In this document: piece by piece, positions 54,563 to 63,386 of the stretch
Layout: the number at the start of each line of letters is the position of its first letter
Numbering within the stretch: position 1 is the first letter of the stretch
NCBI GenBank assembly: GCA_963796685.1
Contig: CAWCMR010000008.1
Span: 512,001 to 576,000 of the forward strand
DNA from: an uncultured delta proteobacterium
GTDB lineage: Bacteria > Myxococcota_A > Polyangia > Fen-1088
Direction: 5' to 3'
DNA length: 64,000 bases
The notes under the pieces: generated by a model
Databases searched by the model: none
Seen by the model: only the letters and a program-made list of their open reading frames with translations
What the model was told of the DNA's origin: nothing
Translations under genes and position numbers: made by a program

Positions 54563-55267
54563 ATGACCACCACGCCCACCGAGACGCGCCCCACTTCGAT
54601 ACGATTTCTGGTCGCCTGCACCGTCACCGCGGTCCTGTTCGTGGTCGCGTGCAATGCCATCGCCGATGCCCCACGTGAAGTGATCATGGGCCTGGTGCAG
54701 AAGATCTTCTACTTCCATGTACCCTGCGCCTGGCTGCTGATGCTCTCGACCCTGGTGTGCGCGGGGGGCAGCATCGCCTACCTGTTCGGCGGGTCCGAAC
54801 GGGGCGACCGCGTGGCCGTGGCGGCGTCCGAGCTTGGTGTGTTGTTCGGTCTGTGCGTGCTGGTGTCCGGCCCGCTGTGGGCCAAGGCAGCGTGGGGCGT
54901 GTACTGGCAGTGGGAGGCACGCCTCACCTCGTCGCTGCTCTTGTGGCTGATGCTGGTGGCCTACATCCTGGCTCGGCGCTATGGCGGAGCGGCGGCCCGT
55001 CGACTGGCCGCGGCCCTGGCGCTCTTCGCCGCCATCGACATTCCCCTGGTCTACTTCAGCGTGCGCTTCTTCCGCAGCATTCACCCCCAGAGCACCGTGG
55101 TGTCCACGCTCGGCCCGGGCATGCGCGGCGCCTTCTGGCTGTCCCTGCTCGCCTTCTCGGCCCTGTGGGGGGTGCTTTTTTCGGCCCGATTGGCGACGGA
55201 GAACGCCTACGCAAGACTTGTCGACCTGGAGACCCTACTCGACCAGGCAGAGGAGAAGAAATCATGA
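54563..55267 (+). CDS. ccmC: Heme chaperone-loading protein CcmC
   Basis: IFYFHVP, GPLWAKAAWGVYWQWEARLTS (WWD domain), RSIHP. Confidence 0.92.
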   Translation: MTTTPTETRPTSIRFLVACTVTAVLFVVACNAIADAPREVIMGLVQKIFYFHVPCAWLLMLSTLVCAGGSIAYLFGGSERGDRVAVAASELGVLFGLCVLVSGPLWAKAAWGVYWQWEARLTSSLLLWLMLVAYILARRYGGAAARRLAAALALFAAIDIPLVYFSVRFFRSIHPQSTVVSTLGPGMRGAFWLSLLAFSALWGVLFSARLATENAYARLVDLETLLDQAEEKKS

Positions 55268-55401
55268 AAATGGTGGCGCTTGCCTACGGATTCATCTGGC
55301 TGGCCGTGTTCGTCTACGTCTTCATCACCAGCCGCCGGCTCGGCAAGCTCAACGGCGAAATGGACGAGCTGCGACGCCGCATCGACCGATTGAAGCCGTA
55401 A
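55264..55401 (+). CDS. ccmD: CcmD-like small membrane protein
   Basis: AYGFIWLAVFVYV then charged helix; ATGA overlap with ccmC. Confidence 0.8.
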   Translation: MKMVALAYGFIWLAVFVYVFITSRRLGKLNGEMDELRRRIDRLKP

Positions 55402-55415
55402 TTGGCAGCGAATAG

Positions 55416-57107
55416 CTAGAAATCGTCTTCCGACAGCTTACCGGCTCTCATGCCTTCGGACTTTGCCGAGGCGCGCTCCTTAGGCGATACCCTCGCCTTG
55501 GCAGGACCGCGACCACGCCTTCCGTGCAGTCCCTGTTTTCCCGATTCTGCCGCGGGCGAGCTCGGCAACATGGCAGGTACCGTCGCAACACGCTCCGTGG
55601 CGTCCAGCTCGCCCCTCTGGGACGTGCCGGGCGAATCCGACACGGCGGATGGTGTCGTGATTGGCACCACGGAAGGAATTCTCGATGGCTGGTCCTGCTC
55701 GCGCGCGGGACGGTCGATCGCCATGCCCGAGACCGGCATGCTAGCCTGATGGCCACCGAGCGCTCGGACGAGCGCCCAAACCGCAAGGACCAGAACGACC
55801 GCGATTCCCGAGCCGACGATCCTACCTCGTCGGCCCAGGGCAGCTCGAAACCAAGGTCGAAGAGCGGCGTGCAACCTGGCCGACAGGGCAGCAAGCGCCT
55901 GAACGCGAGCACGCACGCGCTCCACCCTGGAGCGCACAAGGACCGTATCCTGACCGACAGGCGGCGCTGGCTCTCCCGTATTTTCACCATCGCCATGGAT
56001 CGCGCCGGCCTGGCCACGGGAGTCGCCCTTCTGTTTCTGCGCGGGAAACCCGTAAAGCATCTTGGTTTCCCGATAGCGCTCGGACGGCTCCTTCCTGAGA
56101 ATGGCTTGCACGACAGACTGCCCGGCCAGGGCATCGCGAAAGATCTGAGCGGGCACGCCCGTGATCGGCGTGATCAGGTGCTGCAGCGGGGTCGCCGGCA
56201 GCAGCTCGTCCTCGAGGGCGGCGATCATCAGATTCAGGTCGGAAAAGCGATGGTTGGGATCCTTGGCGATGGCGACGTCGACAATTCGCACCAACCCCGG
56301 GGGCAGATCCTGCCGGAACGTCGTCATCGGAGCCGGAGGCTCGGTGAGCACGCGGTTCGAGAGGTCGGAGCCTGGCTCTCCGGGAAACGGCATCTTTCCG
56401 GTCAAAGCTTCGTAAAGCAGCAAACCGAACCCGTACACATCCACGCGTTCGTCGATGCGGGCCGAACCCGAAAGATGCTCGGGAGACATATAGGCAGGCG
56501 TTCCCATGGCCTGTCCGGGAACCTGTCCCGCAGAGGTGCCAATCACCCTTTCCATCATGACCGAGATGCCGAAGTCCAGAACCTTCGCGGTGAGCGCGCG
56601 CCCGTCGGGCCCTATGCAAACGAAGATGTTTTGTGGCTTGAGATCGCGGTGGATCACGTCCTGCGCATGGGCGGCGGCCACGCCGCGCATGGCTGGCAAG
56701 AGCAGGGCCGTCGTCTCGCTGACGCTCAAGCACCCCTTGCGGTCGATGTAGCTTCCGAGCGGCTCCCCATCCAGCAATTCCATCACGATGCAGGTCATTC
56801 CCTCGTGGTCGATGACGTCAAAAACGGTCACCACATTGGGATGATTGATCCGGCTCGCGGCCAACGCTTCTCGATGAAAGAGATGCTGCGCCTTGTCCGA
56901 TGTAGCCATGGACCGGAGAATCATCTTGAGGGCGACCTTCTTACCGGTGCGTTCGTTCGTGCCGGCCCAGACCGCGGCCATGCCGCCCTTCCCTGCCAAG
57001 TGATCGACACGGTACTTTCCCGCCACGACCTGCCCAACCTGCAAGATCGTGTCAATCGTATTGTCAGGTTGAGGTTTGACCATTTTCACAGCCGCAAGCC
57101 GTGTCAT
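55416..57107 (-). CDS. Membrane Ser/Thr protein kinase
   Basis: AGKGGMAAVW, VALK, HRDLKPQN, DFG, GTPAYMSPE, DVYGFG; TM helix; ends AGKLSEDDF. Confidence 0.92.
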   Translation of the reverse strand: MTRLAAVKMVKPQPDNTIDTILQVGQVVAGKYRVDHLAGKGGMAAVWAGTNERTGKKVALKMILRSMATSDKAQHLFHREALAASRINHPNVVTVFDVIDHEGMTCIVMELLDGEPLGSYIDRKGCLSVSETTALLLPAMRGVAAAHAQDVIHRDLKPQNIFVCIGPDGRALTAKVLDFGISVMMERVIGTSAGQVPGQAMGTPAYMSPEHLSGSARIDERVDVYGFGLLLYEALTGKMPFPGEPGSDLSNRVLTEPPAPMTTFRQDLPPGLVRIVDVAIAKDPNHRFSDLNLMIAALEDELLPATPLQHLITPITGVPAQIFRDALAGQSVVQAILRKEPSERYRETKMLYGFPAQKQKGDSRGQAGAIHGDGENTGEPAPPVGQDTVLVRSRVERVRARVQALAALSARLHAALRPWFRAALGRRGRIVGSGIAVVLVLAVWALVRALGGHQASMPVSGMAIDRPAREQDQPSRIPSVVPITTPSAVSDSPGTSQRGELDATERVATVPAMLPSSPAAESGKQGLHGRRGRGPAKARVSPKERASAKSEGMRAGKLSEDDF

Positions 57108-57173
57108 TCTGGATTCTTGCGCGTGCAAGTGCAACAGCCCTGCGCGGCCCTAATCCCGCGACAAGGCCCGAGA

Positions 57174-57253
57174 GGTCGTGGCCGTGGTCGTGGCCATGGC
57201 CGTGGCCGGAGTGATCTTCGTCGGCCATAGCCACGGGGACGACTACGACCACC
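57174..57253. repeat. Intergenic palindrome built from 6-bp units (GTGGCC/GTGGTC)
   Basis: ggtcgtggccgtggtcgtggccatggccgtggcc ... ggccatagccacggggacgactacgacc. Confidence 0.7.
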
Positions 57254-57294
57254 ACTCGCCGCCGAGGTCCAGCGACGCCTAGGCTCGGCGCGTA

Positions 57295-57320
57295 TAGATC
57301 CTTTTCCGTGCTCGCGCGTT
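57295..57320 (+). promoter_or_regulatory. Conserved upstream motif, copy 1 (ECF-sigma-type promoter candidate)
   Basis: tagatccttttccgtgctcgcgcgtt, 22/26 identical to 58774-58799 with the same spacing. Confidence 0.6.
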
Positions 57321-57370
57321 CACAGACCTAGGCCCGTGGAACGACATTCCCCCACGGCGGGAGGTCCGTT

Positions 57371-57901
57371 ATGCAACGCGCACACGTTCTTGCTCTGCTC
57401 GCCTGCCTGGTCATCGCCTCGATCGCACCCGCGCCTTCGGCCTCGGCGGCCACCGCGGCCGTGACCGGCCCCTTGCTGGTTTCCGGCCAGAACCTCATTC
57501 GCACCAAACAACAGGTGTCCGACGATCCCCTCGATGGTTTGCCCACCGATGACGGCGACCATCGCGGGCTCCCCAAGGCGGGGGGCCACCGCCGGGCCAC
57601 CTGCGCGGTGGACGCGAGCCCGGCCAACTATCGCGACATCGGCGATCTGCGCGCAGCCCTGGCTTTCGTCAAGCACGGTCCAGCCTCTTGGCCATGCCCT
57701 GCTCGCGGGGCCCAGTCCGACACGCGGCTGCGCATCGGCATCGACGGCGATGGCAGGATCGCCGTTTGCGAACCCGTCGCTGGCAACCCCGCCGTCGCCA
57801 GCGCCATGGCCAAACGACTGATCGGGAAATCAATCGCCCGCCGGCCCGCGGGCGCAACGTCCGGAATCGTCGTGCTCACATTCCGGAAATCCGGGCTATA
57901 A
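57371..57901 (+). CDS. Secreted hypothetical protein similar to the C-terminal domain of the nearby VIT-vWA protein
   Basis: GGAGG RBS, signal peptide; LRIGIDGDGRI...VAGNPAVASAMAKRLIG vs LRIAVDGAGKI...VSGDSDIGTALGHKLTG. Confidence 0.7.
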   Translation: MQRAHVLALLACLVIASIAPAPSASAATAAVTGPLLVSGQNLIRTKQQVSDDPLDGLPTDDGDHRGLPKAGGHRRATCAVDASPANYRDIGDLRAALAFVKHGPASWPCPARGAQSDTRLRIGIDGDGRIAVCEPVAGNPAVASAMAKRLIGKSIARRPAGATSGIVVLTFRKSGL

Positions 57902-57918
57902 CCCGTGGCCTTCCGGCC

Positions 57919-58572
57919 ATGAATCGCCCCTTCGTGATCTTCGACTTCGACGGCACCGTTGCGGATTCCTTCTCGGAATCGCTCTTGGCCTACAACCGCA
58001 TCGCGCCCCGCCTGCGCCTGCGCACGGTCGACGATGCCGAGATCCCCGGGCTGCGCCGCATGAGCGCCGGTCAGTTGATGCAGGCACTGGGCATCCCCAT
58101 GTGGAAGCTGCCGCGCTTGATGATCGCGGTGCGGGCCGAGCTGCACGACCACTTCCACGCCGTCAAGCCCTTTCCCGGTATCGCGGAAGCCATCCACGAC
58201 CTTCACGATGCCGGTTGCAACCTGTCCATCGTAACCTCGAACTCCGAGGAGAACGTGCGCAACTTTCTCGTCCGCCACGGCATCCAGGAATTCGACACCG
58301 TGGTTGCCGGCGCCAGTATCTTCGGCAAGGCAACGCGCCTGCGCCGGCTCATCAAGGCCGAACGCGCGCGGCGGAAGGCCTCGGTCTACATCGGCGACAC
58401 CGTCCCCGACATCCGGGCCGCGCGCGAGGCAGGTGCGGTGGCGGTGGCAGTGACCTGGGGTTTCAGCGATCCCGCGCCCCTGTCGGCCGAGGTACCGGAG
58501 GCGTTGGTGGGTTCAACGAGCGATCTCACCGGCTCCATCTTGCGATTGCTCGGCGAGCCGCAAGGAAGCTGA
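57919..58572 (+). CDS. HAD superfamily hydrolase (phosphoglycolate phosphatase-like)
   Basis: IFDFDGTVADS, IVTSN, FGK, YIGD..PDI, VTWGF. Confidence 0.9.
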   Translation: MNRPFVIFDFDGTVADSFSESLLAYNRIAPRLRLRTVDDAEIPGLRRMSAGQLMQALGIPMWKLPRLMIAVRAELHDHFHAVKPFPGIAEAIHDLHDAGCNLSIVTSNSEENVRNFLVRHGIQEFDTVVAGASIFGKATRLRRLIKAERARRKASVYIGDTVPDIRAAREAGAVAVAVTWGFSDPAPLSAEVPEALVGSTSDLTGSILRLLGEPQGS

Positions 58573-58773
58573 ACACAGAGGACCGACCGGATAACCGAGA
58601 TTACGCCAGCCACCTACACGCCCGCATGGTAGGGCACTGTGGCTGGCCCGCCACAATCGAGGCCGCCTGGTTCCACCTACTGTCGCAACAAGCTACAGGT
58701 AGCCAGATCAGGGCCAGGACGAGAGGTCCGGCCGGCCCTGCCCAGAAACACGGGGCCGTGGTTGTAGCGCCCG

Positions 58774-58799
58774 TAGATCCTTCTTCCGGCTCGCGCGTT
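58774..58799 (+). promoter_or_regulatory. Conserved upstream motif, copy 2 (ECF-sigma-type promoter candidate)
   Basis: tagatccttcttccggctcgcgcgtt about 50 bp upstream of the VIT gene start. Confidence 0.6.
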
Positions 58800-58848
58800 G
58801 GTACCTCCTGACCCCGGAAAATTTCTCGCCCGGGGCAGGAGGTTCGAC

Positions 58849-61390
58849 ATGCGCCGCTCGCTTTCGCCCCGACATCTCGCCCGTTTCACTGCCACTTGCC
58901 TTTTCCTGGCCACAGCCATCGCCTGCGCGCAAAGCCAGGCGCCCCAAACGCCCGTCACGAGCCCGACCAAGGTGCTCGAGGCCGTGCAGTACACCGGCCC
59001 CGTGATCCTGCAAACGTCGGGCAACCCGAATCCGGATGGTTTCGATCACAGCCTGTCGCCCTACCTCTACGTGGCGGGCGGCGATCCCGCACGCGATCAG
59101 GTTCCTCTCAAGAAGACCTGGGCCCAGGTGAACATCGCCGGCGTGATCGCGGCGGTCAAGGTACACCAGATCTTCGAGAACACCGGCGCCAAACCCATCG
59201 AGGCCATCTACGTGTTCCCGGCCAGCACGCGCGCGGCCGTGCACGCCATGCGCATGACGATCGGCGCGCGCACCATCGACGCCAAGATCGAACGCAAGGC
59301 CGAGGCACGCGCGCAGTACGAGGCGGCCAAGCGCTCGGGCCAGCGTGCGTCGCTGCTCGAACAAGAGCGGCCCAACGTCTTCACCACCAGCGTGGCCAAC
59401 ATCATGCCCGGCGACCGCATCGAGGTCGAGCTCGACTACAGCGAGCTCGTGGTTCCGGAAAACGCGACCTATGAATTCGTCTACCCGACCGTCGTGGGCC
59501 CACGCTATGCCGGCGGCGCCGACCCCAAGACCGATCAGTGGATGGCCAATCCGCATCTGTCCGAGGGCAAGCAAGAACCCTACGCGTGGGACGTCGAAGT
59601 CCACCTGCAAAGCGGTATCGGGCTCAAGGAAGTCTCGTCGCCGTCGCACAAGATTTCGGTGCGCTACACCGGCCCGTCCACGGCGGACATCAAGCTGGAT
59701 CAGAGCGGCGGCGGCAACAAGGACTTCATCCTTCGCTACCGCCTGGCTGGCGACAAGATCGAGACTGGCCTCTTGCAATTCGAGGAGCCTTCCGCCGGCC
59801 TTGGCCGCCCGGCGGAGAAATTCTTCGCCCTGCTGGTCGAGCCGCCGAGGCGCCCCACCCTGGCCGACATTCCGGGCCGCGAGCTCATCTTCCTGCTCGA
59901 TGTCTCGGGCTCGATGCACGGGTTCCCCATCGAGACCACCAAGGAGCTCATGCGCAACCTCCTGCCCAAGCTGCGCCCCACCGACCATTTCAATCTGGTC
60001 TTCTTCTCGGGCGCCAACTACGTATGGAGCCCGTCAGGCTCGCGCCCGGCCACCGAGGCCAACATCAAGGAAGGGATGGACACCATCCTCAAGCAGTACG
60101 GCAGCGGGGGCACCGAGCTCATGGGCGGGCTGGAAGCCGCGTACGCCATCCCTCCGGTGGGCAAAGGCGTGTCGCGCACCGTGGTCGTGGTCACCGATGG
60201 CTACGTGGGCATCGAGGCCAAAGCCTTCCGTTTCATCCGCGAGCGTTTGGATCGGGCCAACCTGTTCGCCTTCGGCATCGGCAGCTCGGTCAACCGCGCC
60301 CTCATCGAAGGCATGGCGCGCGCCGGGCTCGGCGAGCCCTTCGTGGTGCTGGGACCGCAGAGGGCTGCCGCCCAGGCCGAGAAGCTGAGCCAGATGATCG
60401 ACCGCCCGCTGCTGACCGACATCGACGTGCGCTTCGGCGACAGCGGCGCCTACGAGGTCGCGCCGCAAAAGATCCCCGACTTGCTCGCCGAGCGCCCGCT
60501 GCTCATCTATGGCAAGTACCGCGGCGACCAACCGACGCGCATCGAGATCACCGGACGCACCGGCCACGGCTCCTTCCACCACGCCGTGGACTTGCGCCCC
60601 GCGGACGCGCGCAGCGAGAACAGCGCCCTGCGCGCGCTGTGGGCACGCAAGTGGGTCGAGGTGCTGGAGGACGAATTTCACATGGGCGGCGGCAAGCCCG
60701 TCGAAGACGCCATCACGGAAGCTCGGTCTCTTCTACCATTTGCTCACGCCGTTCACGTCCTTCGTGGCCATCGATTCGGAGGTGGTGAACCGCACCGGCA
60801 AATCGGACACGGTTCGCCAGCCCCTGCCCATGCCCGAGGGCGTGTCGAACTACGCCGTCGCCGAGGCCCAGTCCATGGCGGCGATTCCGGCCGCGCCGGC
60901 CCCGGCCTACAACCGGCCAGCCATGCGCATCGCGGCCAAGTCATCAAGGAGCCTCGACGACCTTTCGGGTTCCTTCGGCGTGGGTGGGCTCGGCGTGCAC
61001 GCGGTTGCCCCCGCCGCACCCTCCGAACCCCGGCAAGCCGAGCTCGCGAAGGACGAGGAAACCGACAAGAAGACCGGCGCAAAGGCCAAGGCGCTAGCCT
61101 GCAGGATTGAGGTGACCCTCGACAAGACCGAGCACGTCGGCGACGCCAAGACCCTGCGCACCCTCGTCGAGCGAACCGCGCGCGCACTTGGCTGCCAAGC
61201 CGCCGGCAAGATCGAGTTGCGCATCGCCGTCGATGGTGCGGGCAAGATCGTCGGCGTCGAGGTTGTGTCGGGTGACAGCGACATCGGCACGGCGTTGGGC
61301 CACAAGCTGACCGGCGCCACGTCGGCCGCCCACGCGACCGGGCAAAAGAAGGGCACCATCGCGGTCACCATCACCATCGCGACAAGGTGA
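58849..61390 (+). CDS. Secreted VIT and vWA domain protein, with a one-base frameshift near 60720
   Basis: IEAIYVFP, ASLLEQERPNVF (VIT); LLDVSGSM MIDAS, GGTE, VTDG, FGIGSSVN; ATC ACG GAA G CTC GGT junction continues LGLFYHLLTPFTSFVAID. Confidence 0.88.
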
Positions 61391-61415
61391 GTCCGACTCA
61401 CTCTCTGGCAAGCAG

Positions 61416-61446
61416 GCCCGGTGCCGTCCTCACGCCGGCACCGGGC
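61416..61446 (+). terminator. Strong hairpin after the VIT gene
   Basis: gcccggtgccg-N9-cggcaccgggc, perfect 11-bp stem. Confidence 0.6.
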
Positions 61447-61739
61447 AATACGATAGGCAGCTACGTCCTATTATGCTTCCTAGCATAATGTTGAACTCCA
61501 TAATCCTGGACGAGCAGCTTCGGTCCCGGACACGCCGGCCATGGCCACGGCTTCTCACCCTGCGCCCGGCCAAGCCGAGTTCGACTCGGTGATCGGCCTA
61601 TCGCTGCGCCTGATCGCGGCCCCTCGTGATGACTCGGAGCGCCGGTTGAAGCTGTAGATGTTTCCAAGGATTCGACATGACCACTATGGCGTCCTAGCCT
61701 TTAGGTGGAATACCCGGTAAAGATCCAGGTTCAATAGTG

Positions 61740-62897
61740 ATGAAGAAGAGTCCATTCGTCAGCCTTATTTTCAAGGGAGCCAGGTTTGGAGAGGCGTCCA
61801 TGCCTCTTGAGACCCTTCCTGAGCTGGCGGCGTACCGTGAGCTAGTTCTAGAGGCGGCCAAGGCTCTATTTCAGGCTCGGAATCCCACACGCAAGCGCCT
61901 TCCCAGGGGCTTCGAAAACGGCCTTCATCTCGTTCTTGAGAAAGTGATCGAGGGGGGCAGTGCAATTCCACAAATCTCGCGGGTGGACGAGCGCGACCTG
62001 GCTCTTTTAGACGTTCCACGAGAAGACGACATTTTCGAGTTGGCGAGAGACCTGATCCAGAATGGGATCGCCGCGGGTGGCATGGCCCCGGACGTATTGC
62101 CACCCGACCTGGCCAAGCAGGTGCTGGCGCGATTTGGTTCCTTCGGACGGACCCTGGGGCCAGATGAGTCGATCGTCGTAGGCCTCCCGGGTACCCGAAA
62201 TGGCGCAATCTACAACCGGGCGCTCAGGAAGAAGCTCGTGCTCCAGGCGCAGCCGCTGTACGAGGACGAAATCGATCTCGTGGGTGATGTTCGCGCCGCT
62301 GACCGAGATTCCGAGGGCTTCGATCTTCGAACGCTGGAGGGAATCAAATACCGCGTTCGCGTGCCCGAGATGTTCTTTCCAATCGCCCTGCGCTCCCTAT
62401 CAACCTCCGTGCCCGTGCGTGTCCGTGGGACTGGTCTTTTCGACGAGACAGGGAGTCTTCGACGCATCGAAATGGCGACTGATGTCAGCATCGCAGAAGA
62501 GGACTTGGCGGGCGATCGCCGCAGAGGATGCTCGACCCCCATCGAACAGCAGGTGCATTCACTGTCGATCTTGCCAGCCGGCTGGTTCGACGAGTCCAGT
62601 CCAAGCTATCAACAAGGGCAGCTGGATTGGATGTTGAACCTTCTGAAGGGCATTCTCGAGGGGTTCAATCTCCCCGTCCCCTATCTCTACCCAACCCCCG
62701 AGGGCACAGCCCGCGCCGAATGGCCTGGAAGCAAATGGGAGGTGGTTGCGAACGTCGGGTTGGTGGAGCACGTGGCGGACGTGATGGCTGTGCGACTTGA
62801 TTCGGACAGGATCGAGGAGGACAAGTTCTCCCTGAACCTGCCAGGATCCGAAAGCAAGTTGGGACGTTTTCTCGTCGAGCACCTGGAGGTTTCCTAG
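61740..62897 (+). CDS. Uncharacterised protein, candidate antitoxin/sensor of a two-gene module
   Basis: Long ORF with more A/T-ending codons; C-terminal LPAGWFDE...PYLYPTPEGTARAEW module; stop abuts the next ATG. Confidence 0.8.
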   Translation: MKKSPFVSLIFKGARFGEASMPLETLPELAAYRELVLEAAKALFQARNPTRKRLPRGFENGLHLVLEKVIEGGSAIPQISRVDERDLALLDVPREDDIFELARDLIQNGIAAGGMAPDVLPPDLAKQVLARFGSFGRTLGPDESIVVGLPGTRNGAIYNRALRKKLVLQAQPLYEDEIDLVGDVRAADRDSEGFDLRTLEGIKYRVRVPEMFFPIALRSLSTSVPVRVRGTGLFDETGSLRRIEMATDVSIAEEDLAGDRRRGCSTPIEQQVHSLSILPAGWFDESSPSYQQGQLDWMLNLLKGILEGFNLPVPYLYPTPEGTARAEWPGSKWEVVANVGLVEHVADVMAVRLDSDRIEEDKFSLNLPGSESKLGRFLVEHLEVS

Positions 62898-63344
62898 ATG
62901 GCGGGAAGGCCACCGCCGACGTCGCTATTGACGGATTCGCACGAGGAACTGCTTCGCCAGGTGCATCCGAGTTTTCTGCGCGACGGTCGACCCAGCAGTC
63001 AGGCCTTTCGGCCAACCAAGAAGGACGAATGGATGCTGTCCGTGGCGCGAGGCAGTCTCACGACGGCAGAAGCGGCTTTTCGTCATCACAGCGAGAAGCT
63101 CAAGTGCGCGTCTGCCGGCACCTGGGGGATCACCGTGGGGGAGTGCGATGATCAGGATCTCAAGGCTTATTCCGATCCCATCGTGTCCCCACCTGAGGCG
63201 ACAGATCTCGCGCATGCCTTCGTCGACTTTCGCGGAATGAGCAACAGCCAAGTTGAGGCGCGCGGGATCAAACTGGCCCGCGCTGCTCACGAGCGAGGTG
63301 CACTCTATCGACCTTCAGCAAGCGGTGGCCCGGCCAATGAATAG
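62898..63344 (+). CDS. Small protein with ADP-ribosyltransferase/RES-like motif pattern, candidate toxin
   Basis: ELLRQVHP ... SSQAF ... MLSV ... DP ... AHAFVD; starts immediately after the upstream TAG. Confidence 0.65.
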   Translation: MAGRPPPTSLLTDSHEELLRQVHPSFLRDGRPSSQAFRPTKKDEWMLSVARGSLTTAEAAFRHHSEKLKCASAGTWGITVGECDDQDLKAYSDPIVSPPEATDLAHAFVDFRGMSNSQVEARGIKLARAAHERGALYRPSASGGPANE

Positions 63345-63386
63345 AATGGCTGGGATCCAGCTATGCGCAGGTGCTTGTCCGGCAAC

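Noticed and set aside
57064-57255. His-rich 63-aa ORF (HGHGHDHGHD)
   Set aside because: Explained by translation of the hexamer palindrome and overlaps the kinase start region
61575-61592. tRNA T-arm-like hairpin ccgagttcgactcgg near the island edge
   Set aside because: Loop is 5 nt rather than 7, and no acceptor stem, anticodon arm or CCA could be built
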